The notes under the pieces are model-generated. The model ran no database searches, was not told where the DNA came from, and saw only the letters and a list, made by a program, of their open reading frames with translations. From positions 1 through 40,508 of IMG/VR virus record IMGVR_UViG_3300048894_000019: a DNA stretch of 40,508 nucleotides; one strand, written 5' to 3'. The translations under genes and the position numbers were made by a program. This stretch comes from a virus (taxonomy: Duplodnaviria > Caudoviricetes). Shown one piece after another: positions 15,295 to 24,863 of the stretch. Numbering within the stretch: the stretch's first letter is position 1; every line of letters starts with the position of its first letter.

Positions 15295-15860
15295 TCTCCG
15301 CCGGGCTTTCAGTCAACGTCCATTCCGCCGGTTCTGAAATGCGCGCGATCTGCAGCGTGGATGTTTGCCGGCATTCGTGGGTTGTTGCCTATCTGCCGAT
15401 GGACATGGGTAAGTTCGCGAAGCTGCTCAAGGGCGCAGCTTGTCCCATGTGCGGCGACGACAAGCCGAATATCGCCCCTTCGATGCCGGTGGCGGATCTC
15501 GGCGGCGCGACTATAGGGGCCCTGCCTGCCGCGGCAATGGCATGGCTGAGTGGCAACGATCGCGGCATGTCTTCCCAGGCAATCTTTGATCACATGGCTT
15601 CAGGCCGTTGCAAGGGTGACTACCCGTACGCTCCGGACGACTTGGGGCGCTGCTTGCGCCTGCTGGACGCAGTGTCGGAATGGAAGCAGCGCATCGAGGA
15701 AATGCGAGTCTATAGCCGCACCTGGGCACTGTACGCGGTGCATTGGGGAGAACTTGCACAGCTGATGACCGACGAGGTCGGCATCGACTGGTCCAAGGGA
15801 AGGAGCGCGCCGAAGACCTATGACCGCATGCAGCAGCTGCAGCGGATGGCGGACGTTTAG
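15291..15860 (+). CDS. hypothetical protein with Zn ribbon
   Basis: C..C.H.W...CPMCG, then WL..NDRGMSS.AI...YP..PDDLGRCL.LL; start 15291 or 15339. Confidence 0.7.
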   Translation: MISAGLSVNVHSAGSEMRAICSVDVCRHSWVVAYLPMDMGKFAKLLKGAACPMCGDDKPNIAPSMPVADLGGATIGALPAAAMAWLSGNDRGMSSQAIFDHMASGRCKGDYPYAPDDLGRCLRLLDAVSEWKQRIEEMRVYSRTWALYAVHWGELAQLMTDEVGIDWSKGRSAPKTYDRMQQLQRMADV

Positions 15861-15863
15861 TCG

Positions 15864-16217
15864 ATGAACCTTCCCGAACAACCGGACCTGCTAATCGAAG
15901 CGCAGCGCATGCGCGACGAAGGCATGCGGTTGGCGCTGGAGCATGCCGAACTGATCGAGGACCACTGGGGAGAAATTGCCTATGCCTTCCTGGTTGCGTA
16001 TGCACAACGCACGAGCTTGTTCATCAGCGAGGACGTGAGCGACGCGAGCAAGGCGGATACCGCGTTCCCGCAGCCTCCGACAGACCGCGCTTGGGGCTCG
16101 ATCTACAAGCGCGCGATCCGGGCCGGGATAATCGTCCAGGCCGGCGCTGGCCGCAGCAGGCGGCGCCATGCATCGATCTGTCCGCTCTGGCGCTCGACAT
16201 TGTTTCCGAGTCGTTGA
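15864..16217 (+). CDS. hypothetical protein
   Basis: RDEGM..A, PPTDRAWG...RAGII, W.S pattern typical of phage early proteins. Confidence 0.7.
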   Translation: MNLPEQPDLLIEAQRMRDEGMRLALEHAELIEDHWGEIAYAFLVAYAQRTSLFISEDVSDASKADTAFPQPPTDRAWGSIYKRAIRAGIIVQAGAGRSRRRHASICPLWRSTLFPSR

Positions 16218-16218
16218 C

Positions 16219-16566
16219 ATGACAACTGTTGCCCCACAGCGGATCCAGCTGCGCCGTTCGAAAGGCTGGCGGATGCCGGCCAACACGGTGAAGGTCGATC
16301 GCACCACGCCGTGGGGCAATCCTTTCGTCGTCGGCAAGGACGGCACGCGCGCGGAGTGCGTGCGCTGGTTCGAACTATTGATGGCTGGCTACCTGATGCT
16401 CAGTGCCGACTGCAACGCCCAAGACGCTCTTCGCAAACGCCTTCTCGCTGAAAAGAAACACGGCTTCCCATCCCTGCGCGGCAAGAACCTCGCGTGCTGG
16501 TGTCCGAGCGGAGCGCCGTGCCATGCCGACATTCTGCTGAAAGTCGTCAACGAGGCTACGCCATGA
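16219..16566 (+). CDS. DUF4326 protein
   Basis: RIQLRRSKGWRMP, VDRTTPWGNPF, LRGKNLACWC....CHADIL. Confidence 0.85.
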   Translation: MTTVAPQRIQLRRSKGWRMPANTVKVDRTTPWGNPFVVGKDGTRAECVRWFELLMAGYLMLSADCNAQDALRKRLLAEKKHGFPSLRGKNLACWCPSGAPCHADILLKVVNEATP

Positions 16567-16736
16567 TCGCCCAGGTGACGGATATCACCGAAGCCGGCAT
16601 CCGCCAGCAGGTTGCCACGCAGGTCGCGAAGTCCGGCGGAGCGACACTGACCGATAGCCAGTTCCTCGCATTGTTCGGCCTGCTCGACCAGGCGCGCGCA
16701 GAGATTGCATTGCTGCGTGGGGCATCGACCGAATGA
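16563..16736 (+). CDS. hypothetical protein
   Basis: MIAQVTDI; ATGA coupling at both ends. Confidence 0.55.
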   Translation: MIAQVTDITEAGIRQQVATQVAKSGGATLTDSQFLALFGLLDQARAEIALLRGASTE

Positions 16737-17227
16737 ACGCAATCATTAGCGAGTGCGGGCGCTATCGCTATAGTCTGCAACGCGAAGCCGATCCGGATGG
16801 CCGCGAGTCCGTACTGTTCGTCATGCTCAATCCGAGCACTGCGGACGCTATGCAGGATGACCCGACGATTCGTCGCTGTGTCGGATTTGCCCGCGCATGG
16901 GGCGCGTCTGAGCTGCTCGTCGGAAATCTATTTGCCTACCGCGCCACGCAGCCAGACGAATTGTATTCCGCTCTAGACCCCATCGGTCCGGATAACGATT
17001 TTTGGCTACGATCGCTTTCTGCTCGATCAGCGATGGTTGTCTGCGCATGGGGAGCGCACCCAATGGCAAAGCGCCGCGCCATCGAAGTCCGCGCCATGCT
17101 GGGGCGAGAGATTCACCATCTTGGATTAACGAAAGACGGCGCACCGAAGCATCCGCTTTACCTGCCTGCGATCTTGAGGCCGATGCTATGGGATCTAACG
17201 CCAGTCACGTTTGCGCCTAAGTCATAA
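16733..17227 (+). CDS. DUF1643 protein
   Basis: CGRYRYSL.R, FVMLNPSTADA..DDPTIRRC..FA, NLFAYRAT.P, VCAWG, G.PKHPLY. Confidence 0.9.
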   Translation: MNAIISECGRYRYSLQREADPDGRESVLFVMLNPSTADAMQDDPTIRRCVGFARAWGASELLVGNLFAYRATQPDELYSALDPIGPDNDFWLRSLSARSAMVVCAWGAHPMAKRRAIEVRAMLGREIHHLGLTKDGAPKHPLYLPAILRPMLWDLTPVTFAPKS

Positions 17228-17237
17228 GAGGTGATGC

Positions 17238-17573
17238 ATGGGCTGGTCGATTGGCTACGACGACAACTGGCAGCGCGATATCGGCTATGGCGTTCCGGCC
17301 TATTGCGATCATCCTGGCTGCGGCGAAGTCATCGACCGTGGGCTTTCATACGTCTGCTGCGACCAAGAGCCATATGGCGGCGACAAAGGGTGCGGCTTGT
17401 TCTTTTGCAGCAGGCATCGCGGCCATAAGTGCAACCACAAGGGATTCGCTGCGACACCTGATCATCCCGACTGGATCAAATGGAAGCTCACCGACAAGAG
17501 TTGGCGACAGTGGCGCAAAGAGAATCCCGAACAAGTAGCCGCAATGAAGGCTGCTAGCAGAGAGGGTCTATGA
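17238..17573 (+). CDS. Cys-rich conserved phage protein
   Basis: RDIGYGVPAYCDHPGC...IDRGLSYVC...GCGLFFC..H; GAGGTG RBS. Confidence 0.75.
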   Translation: MGWSIGYDDNWQRDIGYGVPAYCDHPGCGEVIDRGLSYVCCDQEPYGGDKGCGLFFCSRHRGHKCNHKGFAATPDHPDWIKWKLTDKSWRQWRKENPEQVAAMKAASREGL

Positions 17574-17785
17574 GCGCGACCTGGTTAACGCCGGAGGAAG
17601 TCTGCGAACTGACCGCGCGCAAGCGCTGGCAGGCGCAATGCCGCGCGCTGACCGCGATGGCAGTCCCATACAAGCCGAACGCGGTCGGGCGCCCGCTGGT
17701 GGAGCGCAGCGCCGTCGTGTCGTATTGTGAGCGTCCCAAGCGCCGCCCGGATTCCCCGGACTGGTCCTCACTGAAAACCGCCTGA
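17570..17785 (+). CDS. excisionase-like protein (DUF4224)
   Basis: WLTPEEV.ELT......Q...L......N..GRPLV...PDWS; directly upstream of the integrase. Confidence 0.75.
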   Translation: MSATWLTPEEVCELTARKRWQAQCRALTAMAVPYKPNAVGRPLVERSAVVSYCERPKRRPDSPDWSSLKTA

Positions 17786-18729
17786 TGGGCCGCAAGCGCA
17801 TCACCGACAAGCATCTGCCGCACCGCATGCGCCGCAAGGGCGCAGCGTTCTACCACGTCGCCAAAGGCCATTGGACGCCGCTGGGGAGCGACTACGGGGA
17901 GGCGCTGGCAGAATGGAGCAAGCTCGAAGGCGCTACGCACAGGCCCGTCCTGACCGTCGCCGATGCGCTCGCCGCGTACCTGGTCGATCGCGCGAAGACC
18001 CTATCCGACAAGACGCTGACCGGATACAAGGCACAGGCCGCGACGCTGGGCAAGGTGTTTGGCGCGATGCGCCTGTCCGATGTGAAGCGCGAACACGTCT
18101 TCACCTACCTGCGCAAGCGCGGGAACGTCGCCGGCAACCGCGAGCGGGATCTGCTGCGCGCCGCGTTCAATCACGCGCTGAACCTCGGTTATGAAGGCAA
18201 GAATCCCTGCTTGAAGATGCAGGCGCGCAATCGTGAAGCGCCGCGAGAGCGTTATGTCACCGATGCCGAGCTCGCCGCACTGATCGCTGCATGCGGACTG
18301 CGGCTCGCGCGGCTGGTGCAATGGCTGTATCTGACGGGTATGCGGATTGGGGATGCGATCGCGTTCCCGTTGACCGGTGCGGACACGGATGGGATTCGCT
18401 GGCGCGAAGGCAAGACCGGGAAGCCACGGTTCATCGAGTGGAGTCCGGAACTGCTGGCGTTATGGAAGGCTGCGCAGGGCTCGCGCATCGGTGCGCAGCC
18501 GGTGTTCCTCGGGCAGCGCGGCCCGTACACCCTGAGCGGGCTTGAGTCGACGTGGGCGCGCGTGCGCGAGCGTGCGGGCATCCTCGACGTGCGCTTGCAC
18601 GACCTGCGGGCTAAGGCATCGTCCGATGTGTCGCTGGCGCATGCCCAGGCGTTGCTAGGGCATTCCAATTCCGAGACGACGACGAAGCATTACCGCCGTC
18701 GCGTGGAAGGGGTGAAACCGGTCCGATAG
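17785..18729 (+). CDS. int: tyrosine integrase
   Basis: LTGMR, KTG, HDLRAK, LLGH, KHY catalytic residues; next to attP. Confidence 0.93.
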   Translation: MGRKRITDKHLPHRMRRKGAAFYHVAKGHWTPLGSDYGEALAEWSKLEGATHRPVLTVADALAAYLVDRAKTLSDKTLTGYKAQAATLGKVFGAMRLSDVKREHVFTYLRKRGNVAGNRERDLLRAAFNHALNLGYEGKNPCLKMQARNREAPRERYVTDAELAALIAACGLRLARLVQWLYLTGMRIGDAIAFPLTGADTDGIRWREGKTGKPRFIEWSPELLALWKAAQGSRIGAQPVFLGQRGPYTLSGLESTWARVRERAGILDVRLHDLRAKASSDVSLAHAQALLGHSNSETTTKHYRRRVEGVKPVR

Positions 18730-18965
18730 GAGAAGATCGCCGGGAAAGGGGAAGCGTTCAGATTCGCGAATCCCCTGAAAGCCGCACCAGATGGTGCCGT
18801 TGAGAGGAGTCGAACCTCCGACCTACTGATTACGAATCAGCGTGCAGCACGCGCGCAAGGCACCGCCAGCGCTACCGAATCAGCAAACTGACGGCTTCCC
18901 CTATTGCAGAATTATCCACCGCTAAAGCCCGCATGTTTGCGTGCGGTTCGGCGCGATAGGAGAAG
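18726..18965. repeat. putative integrase arm-binding sites (ATAGGRGAAG)
   Basis: ATAGGAGAAG 18726, AAAGGGGAAG 18745, inverted ATAGGGGAAG 18895-18904, ATAGGAGAAG 18956, flanking the att core. Confidence 0.65.
18792..18840 (-). other. attP core: 3' half of tRNA-Thr(CGT)
   Basis: CTGATTCGTAATCAG-TAGGTC-GGAGGTTCGACTCCTCT-CAACGGC-ACCA; the 5' tRNA half is absent. Confidence 0.88.
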
Positions 18966-18970
18966 AGATT

Positions 18971-19675
18971 TCAGACGCCGATCGTGCTGAATCCGGTCGG
19001 CAATGAATACTGGATTGACGAAGGCGTCGCGAGCAGCGTGAAGTTGTGCGCGCCGGCTCCGAAATAGCCAGAGATCATCGGGAAGAAATTGGTTCCCGCA
19101 CCCACGATATACATATAGCCAGTATCCGCAACCGGATCGCCACCGCCCTGCCAGACACCATTTTGCCGGACAAAGATCGTGCCGCTTCCGGCATTCCAGC
19201 CGATGCCGATATTGTCGCCACCACCATAGGCTGCGCCATAGAGCCCATCATCATTTCCGCCGTGGTACTTGTGGCCGGCGTTCGAGTTGTAGCCGAATCC
19301 GAAGTTATCTGATCCGCAATAGTTCGAGAGTGATGCCGCTGGATCGCCCAGGCCGACCATCAGGCCCGCATCCGATCCGCTGCCGCCGATCAGGACCTCG
19401 AAATAGAGCTTTCCTGCCGTGAAGTTATGATCAGCGCGCCCCGACACCCAACCATCCGAACCGGTGCGCACGGCGACCAGGTTGCCGCCGCTGAGCGTGA
19501 ACGCCGCATTGAAGTCGGACGGATTCCAGAGGACGGTGACGCCGCCACCGCCGCCGGTTGCGAAGATGTATGGATTGATCAGCCCGCGTTGGTGCTGCGG
19601 GAACGCGGGATTGCAGCGTAGCCGTTTCGGAAGCGCCAGCCCTTCGCGCAGGCGCCTCGGCAGGATCAGGCTCAC
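18971..19675 (-). CDS. SPRY/ConA-like domain tail-associated protein
   Basis: WNPSD....LSGGNL, GKLYFEV, GDNIGIG.N...G.IF..NG.WQ, P.GF motifs; last gene of the tail module. Confidence 0.7.
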   Translation of the reverse strand: MSLILPRRLREGLALPKRLRCNPAFPQHQRGLINPYIFATGGGGGVTVLWNPSDFNAAFTLSGGNLVAVRTGSDGWVSGRADHNFTAGKLYFEVLIGGSGSDAGLMVGLGDPAASLSNYCGSDNFGFGYNSNAGHKYHGGNDDGLYGAAYGGGDNIGIGWNAGSGTIFVRQNGVWQGGGDPVADTGYMYIVGAGTNFFPMISGYFGAGAHNFTLLATPSSIQYSLPTGFSTIGV

Positions 19676-19676
19676 G

Positions 19677-20471
19677 TCAGACCGTCCCGATCAATGCGAC
19701 CTTGACGCCATCGCAGCCGGTGCCGGCCGTATCGATGGAGAATGCGATCTCGTCGTCGTCCGCGAACGTAATCGCGCCCGTCAGGACATACGGCGTCGCG
19801 GCCGTGACCGATGTTTTCTCGCCGGAGTCGATGCTGATCTTCGTGCTGAAGATCGACGTGCCGTTCTTCTTGATATCGACGGTTGGATTGCCGGAGCTGC
19901 TGGCATCGGTGCAGCTGAGCCTGACGTCGGTCAGCGTGAACGCGCGTCGCGCCCTGGTCGTGAGCTTCGTGCCGGTCGTGACCGCTGTCGTCTCATCGCT
20001 GAGCGCGTATTCCCAGACTTCCTTCGTCCCGGTCGAAAAGGCCGCCAGCGCCTGGCCGCTTGCGCGGTCATAGGACACGCAGCGCCAATGGCCGGAGCCT
20101 TCAGAAACGAAGATCGCGCAATCGCCTGCAGCCGTGGTGATGTTCGCTGCCGTCGGCAGGATCAGCGCTGTCGCGTCGTAGGTCAGCGTCAGGATGCCGG
20201 TGAAGACGACGATGCGCAGAATGCCTGCGGCGACGTTGTCGAATGCCGTGATCGTGGTCGTTCCAGTGACGTGAACGAACATGCCCGTCGCGGCGCCGAT
20301 GTTCGTCGTGCCGGCCGAGGCGATATCGGCGCCTTTCGTGCCATTGAACAGATCGGCAATCGCCTTCGTCAGCATGCCTCCGGACGTACCGCCTGCCTGT
20401 TGTCCGACAAGGCGCTCCGTCCCGTCGAGCGTCAACGGATTGGCGACATAGAGTTCGTTCGGGGTTGTCAT
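19677..20471 (-). CDS. tail fibre / tail tip accessory protein
   Basis: Thr/Gly/Ala-rich, DIASAGTTNIGAATG, LILP.AANITTAAGD motifs; follows the central tail protein. Confidence 0.7.
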   Translation of the reverse strand: MTTPNELYVANPLTLDGTERLVGQQAGGTSGGMLTKAIADLFNGTKGADIASAGTTNIGAATGMFVHVTGTTTITAFDNVAAGILRIVVFTGILTLTYDATALILPTAANITTAAGDCAIFVSEGSGHWRCVSYDRASGQALAAFSTGTKEVWEYALSDETTAVTTGTKLTTRARRAFTLTDVRLSCTDASSSGNPTVDIKKNGTSIFSTKISIDSGEKTSVTAATPYVLTGAITFADDDEIAFSIDTAGTGCDGVKVALIGTV

Positions 20472-23425
20472 GGGAGCGTTACCTCAAGAAATGCGCCAGT
20501 CGATGTCGTGACCTTGTCGCCGGTGCTGGTCGTCTCGAATGTGAAGTTCGCCGGGCCGGTAAATCGCGGATCGAACAGCACGCTATAGGTCGCGTTATTC
20601 GCTGCCGGCGTGCCGATCGAGACAGGACGGAAGATCAGCGTCCGACCGGAGAGATTCACGTCGAGCGGCAGGAAGAGGACGTTCTGCAGCATCACGAACC
20701 TGTTACCTGTGCCATGAACTGCCGCCGTCGTGCCGAGCAGCCCGCGCGAGACATCGGTCAGGTCGTAATCCGCGCCGAAGGTCGGCGTCTCGGTCTTGAA
20801 CTGGCCGATCTCCGATACGTTCGCAGTGATGATCGCGAAACCGTTCGCGCGCGCTTCGAGCTGCGCATCGGTCACGGAGACCAGCTGTCCATCGGCGAAC
20901 ATTTCGACCGGGATCGGTTCCGTGCTCGTCCCGATATCCGCCGTCAGCTGGCCCATTTCGCTGGCCGTCATCAGCTGCGCCACGGAGGTGAAGCTGACGC
21001 CGCTGTCGACGGAAAGCTGCAGATCGCAGCCGATCCAGCCCGGAAGTAGACCCTGCACGGCGATATACATGCCAGGCGATGCATCCTGCGTGCGCAGCCG
21101 CGGCAAATTCATCGCGGCGAAGACCGTCGGCCCCTTCATGCTAGAGATCGGAGGCGTCGGCGCGGGCCCGCTCGCAGCGGTTGCGACGGACGTGTAGGCA
21201 CTCTGCCGATCGCGCACCGCTTCGAATAGCGTCTCGTCGCTTTCTAGCGTTCCCTTCTGGACGCGGTAGCGCGTGCCGTTGTAGGTGAACCGATCGCTCG
21301 GCGTCATCTGCGAGTATTCCTCGGGCAGATGCCGCTTCCAGGTTCCCTGCGCCTCGGTCCAGGCGATCTTCAGCAGGATATCGGCCATCTGCACCGCTTC
21401 GGCCGGAACCAGCGAGAGCGGCAATTGCACCGTGACCTCGCCGACGGCGCGCACGTCATCGGTGCGGCGCTCGGCGGTCTGTGTGGTTGGCGCATAGTCC
21501 GCGGTCGGATCGGCAGAAACGAGGTTCAGCTTGCGCGGGAACTCAACCGCCTGCGCGCGCGTGGTCGTATCGTTGTCGTCCTCGAGCAGGAGCTCATCAT
21601 CGCCAATCGTGAACTGCGAATTGCCGCCGCGCGGAACCCCGCGCAGCTTCTTGTCCCATTCCGGGAAGTCGAAGAAGTAGCCCTGCTGAAGCGTCTTGAT
21701 CGCCTCGGATGCCGCGATCTGCTGGCCGATCAGGAAGCCGCGCACGTCGTTCGTGAGTGCGCTCACGTCGATCTGCGTGCTGTCGATGCCTACGCGCGCA
21801 CAGATATCCGCCACGATCGCACCGAGTTCGTCAGAGCACGAACCGAGGATCGCGGTCGGCGGTCCGACGATATTGCCCTGGTAATCAACGCCGTAGTCCG
21901 GCGCGTCCGGCATGCGCAGCAGGTCCGGCGAGAATCCGACGAACCCGGACGTTGCCGTCTTGCCCTCGGCCGTGTTCGCGAGCATGCCGAATTGCGTCTG
22001 CGTCATGAAGCAACGGCTGATGCCGAGATAGAACGAGTTGTCGTCCTGCGTCCAGCTCAGGCCATCCGGACCGAAATAGATGCCGGTGATGTCGGTCGCA
22101 TAGAACAGACCGTCGAAGAAGGCGACGCCGCTCCAGTCGCCGATATGCAACGCCCAGCTCGCACCGCCATCGGTCGAGCGTGCGTATTGGCTGCCGCCCA
22201 GCGCAGCGATCAGGACAGTGCCGTCGCCGGCGAATCCGAGCACCTTCGCGCCCGCGGATGCTGCAAGGCTGCAGCCGGCGAGCGAGGATCCGGAGAGGAT
22301 TTTCCCGCTGTCCGTGCCGACGAGATAGACGCTGCCGATCTTCGCGATCGCGGTCACGTCACCGTATGCGAATCCGAAATCGTGCGTCGTGGCCGGCGAC
22401 TGCGGCTGGAAAATTTGTGATGTCGATGCGCCGAAGACGCCGCACCACGCATCGCCGTCAATCACCGCTGCGGAGCCGTTTACCGGACGCAGCGGCAATG
22501 TCGGCAGCTCATCCCAAGTCCCGCCGGTCGAGCTGCTCGCATAATGCGTCGCAAAACCGTCGGAGGTCATGTACCACTGGTCCGTATGCCACAGGTTGTC
22601 GCAACCCCATGTTCCGGACCAGCCAAGCTGCGTCGTGAAGTCGATCAGCCCCCATGTCGCGCCGTTGTCCTGCGAGATCGCGAGCGAGCCATTGTTGCCG
22701 CCGATGGCCCAGATGCCGCCACCGCCAGCCGTGCAAAGGACTGTCTGCGCCGTTCCCGTATTGCCGTCGCGCCATGCAATGCCCGGCGCCGGCGGCGCGA
22801 CGCAGGTCCGCACTTCCCACTTGTACTGCGGAATCGCGCCCTGCATGTCGGTCAGATCGTCGTCGGTGACCACGCAATAAGCGGTGCCGCGGTGCGCGCA
22901 GACGTTGCCGGAGCCGCCGCCATTGGCCGAAGGCAGCGACTCGAGCGTCGGATCCGGCATCTGGGTTTCGTCGCCCAGATAGAAGCGCATCTTGCTCGCC
23001 GTAGCCGCTGAATCGGCAGCAATAGGCGAGCCGGAATTCGTCTTGTCGTAGATCAGCTTGTCGTTGCGCCAGACGCGCAGGACGCCGGTAATCGGCCCCT
23101 CGCAGATGCGGATGGCATAGCTGCGCGTGTAGGTGTAGGTGATCTGGACCGGGCCGCCCTTGCCCTGCTGCTGTTCCTGCTTGTGCTCGACCAGCGGACC
23201 GATCTGGATCAAGTTGCCGGCGCATGCGGCAATGCCATAGATGATCGGACGCGGAACGCCTTCGGATGCAGTCTGCCCCTGCGCATCTGTCAGTCGCTGG
23301 CCCTGAATCTTCTGCGGATCGACGATGCCGCCAATGATCGAGCCGATCATCCAGCCAAGCTGCGGTGCGCCGACGAAGAAACCGATGGTTGCGCCGACGA
23401 TGCCGCCGATCGTGCTGCCGCTCAT
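20468..23425 (-). CDS. central tail tip / host-specificity protein (GTA megatron / Phage-tail_3-like) with inserted beta-propeller
   Basis: GVPRPIIYG...GN, ICEGPI....RVW, AHRGTAY; Asp-box-like S.D.GATW repeats. Confidence 0.8.
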   Translation of the reverse strand: MSGSTIGGIVGATIGFFVGAPQLGWMIGSIIGGIVDPQKIQGQRLTDAQGQTASEGVPRPIIYGIAACAGNLIQIGPLVEHKQEQQQGKGGPVQITYTYTRSYAIRICEGPITGVLRVWRNDKLIYDKTNSGSPIAADSAATASKMRFYLGDETQMPDPTLESLPSANGGGSGNVCAHRGTAYCVVTDDDLTDMQGAIPQYKWEVRTCVAPPAPGIAWRDGNTGTAQTVLCTAGGGGIWAIGGNNGSLAISQDNGATWGLIDFTTQLGWSGTWGCDNLWHTDQWYMTSDGFATHYASSSTGGTWDELPTLPLRPVNGSAAVIDGDAWCGVFGASTSQIFQPQSPATTHDFGFAYGDVTAIAKIGSVYLVGTDSGKILSGSSLAGCSLAASAGAKVLGFAGDGTVLIAALGGSQYARSTDGGASWALHIGDWSGVAFFDGLFYATDITGIYFGPDGLSWTQDDNSFYLGISRCFMTQTQFGMLANTAEGKTATSGFVGFSPDLLRMPDAPDYGVDYQGNIVGPPTAILGSCSDELGAIVADICARVGIDSTQIDVSALTNDVRGFLIGQQIAASEAIKTLQQGYFFDFPEWDKKLRGVPRGGNSQFTIGDDELLLEDDNDTTTRAQAVEFPRKLNLVSADPTADYAPTTQTAERRTDDVRAVGEVTVQLPLSLVPAEAVQMADILLKIAWTEAQGTWKRHLPEEYSQMTPSDRFTYNGTRYRVQKGTLESDETLFEAVRDRQSAYTSVATAASGPAPTPPISSMKGPTVFAAMNLPRLRTQDASPGMYIAVQGLLPGWIGCDLQLSVDSGVSFTSVAQLMTASEMGQLTADIGTSTEPIPVEMFADGQLVSVTDAQLEARANGFAIITANVSEIGQFKTETPTFGADYDLTDVSRGLLGTTAAVHGTGNRFVMLQNVLFLPLDVNLSGRTLIFRPVSIGTPAANNATYSVLFDPRFTGPANFTFETTSTGDKVTTSTGAFLEVTLP

Positions 23426-23862
23426 GGACGGAACGCCTCACAGATGCGCCGCGGCCATGGATCGGCGAGCGCATGTTCCACAACGCGGCCGGCCTGCGCG
23501 AAAGCATGGATGATCGCGAGGCCGCCCAGCGGGTAATCGGTCACGATCGCGATATGGTTCGGCTCTTCGTGCCATTTTATCATCAGCACGTCGCCGGGAC
23601 GGATATCGGACAGCGGGATCGGATCGCCGATCTGCTCGACCACCGCAGCACGCAGGCCGTCGTTCAATGGATCGCGTCCGTAGGCCCGCCGATCGCTCGC
23701 CACGGCGCCCACGTCCGCCAGCGCGAGGATGACCAGCCCGATGCAATCCAGCCGCGCGCGCGAGCGGCCGTGGTGCCGGAATGGGACGTTGAGATAGGTT
23801 CTGGCAGCCGCGATGAAGCCGGCGCGCTGTGCGTCGGTCAGGGGAGCGATCAGGCGGCTCAT
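23422..23862 (-). CDS. NlpC/P60 tail-associated peptidase
   Basis: AAR.YL.VPFRHHGR....DCIGL, PGDVL, HIAI, IIHA. Confidence 0.88.
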   Translation of the reverse strand: MSRLIAPLTDAQRAGFIAAARTYLNVPFRHHGRSRARLDCIGLVILALADVGAVASDRRAYGRDPLNDGLRAAVVEQIGDPIPLSDIRPGDVLMIKWHEEPNHIAIVTDYPLGGLAIIHAFAQAGRVVEHALADPWPRRICEAFRP

Positions 23863-24863
23863 GTCGGCAGCGATTCGCCAGTGCCGCCGCTCAGGGACTT
23901 GGAGATATTCGCGCCCGGCGTGCTCGCCTTAGCGCCATCACTCGGATTGATCGCCGGTTCACCGCGGAAATGCAGCGCCCATTGCGTCAGCCAGTAGGTG
24001 TCCTGGCACGAGGAATGCCCGTTCTTGTTCTTCGTGCAGTCCGGGCGAATCTTGAACGTATCGCCGATGACCGTCGGAAAGGTGAACGGGAACTGCAGCT
24101 GGATCGCGCCGGATGCTAGATAGGATTCGATCTCGCGCGTCAGCCCGGCATTGTCGCCGGTCAGCATTTCGACAACGCCGGGCGCGAACTCGCCATCAGT
24201 CGGATGCGCGCCACCGAGCGCGGAATCGGTGAATTGCAGATCCGGCTCCGAACCGACGGACGTGACCGAACAGCCGGTGACCCAGAGCGTCGACACGTCG
24301 AAGCCGCATGGAAAGCGTTCCTCGATGACGCCGCCACCAGTGCCGATCGGCTGGCTACCAAAGCGCGCGCGGCAGCTAATTGAATCGAGCTCGCCGATGG
24401 TCTGCTTCAGCTGCTGCGACAGGCTGCGCAGCTCGAGGACGGTGACCTGGCTGAACTGGTTCGTCTGCTCGCCGATCGTGCCGCTAATCATGACCTCGTG
24501 GCGGCCAGTGGTCAGGTCGTTGTAATTGAGCCGATACACAACGAACGGACACTTGTCGAGCGCGCCGGAGTCGATCTGCGCCTGCGTGAAGCCCTGCAGC
24601 TCATAGGTCGCGATCGGATACAGGACTTGCGCCTCGGCGTTGTCGACGCCCATGTCCTCGGACGCCGCGATCGCCGACATATCCAAGCCGGTATGCGCGC
24701 GGTAGGTGATGGCGCCGTTCCCATCGTCATAGACGACGTCATGCGTGAGCGTGGTGAAGCCGCGATAACTGTCATCCGGCAACGGCCCGACGAGCAGCAG
24801 ATCGGTCAGCGTCGTGCTGGACAGCTGCTTGTGATCGAGCAGCTGGATCGGAATCGTCTTCAT
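23859..24863 (-). CDS. baseplate hub protein (DUF2163)
   Basis: GFTT..HDV, CRARFG, GDTF...PDC.K....C, FRGEP; start at MKTIP. Confidence 0.85.
   Translation of the reverse strand: MKTIPIQLLDHKQLSSTTLTDLLLVGPLPDDSYRGFTTLTHDVVYDDGNGAITYRAHTGLDMSAIAASEDMGVDNAEAQVLYPIATYELQGFTQAQIDSGALDKCPFVVYRLNYNDLTTGRHEVMISGTIGEQTNQFSQVTVLELRSLSQQLKQTIGELDSISCRARFGSQPIGTGGGVIEERFPCGFDVSTLWVTGCSVTSVGSEPDLQFTDSALGGAHPTDGEFAPGVVEMLTGDNAGLTREIESYLASGAIQLQFPFTFPTVIGDTFKIRPDCTKNKNGHSSCQDTYWLTQWALHFRGEPAINPSDGAKASTPGANISKSLSGGTGESLPT

Noticed and set aside
18792-18840. Second complete tRNA gene
   Set aside because: No D arm or 5' acceptor strand upstream; it is the att core
19464-19478. GCCGTGCGC (LVAVR) in the SPRY gene as a fourth VR
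   Set aside because: Only ~9 nt match, near the N-terminus, with no flanking TR similarity
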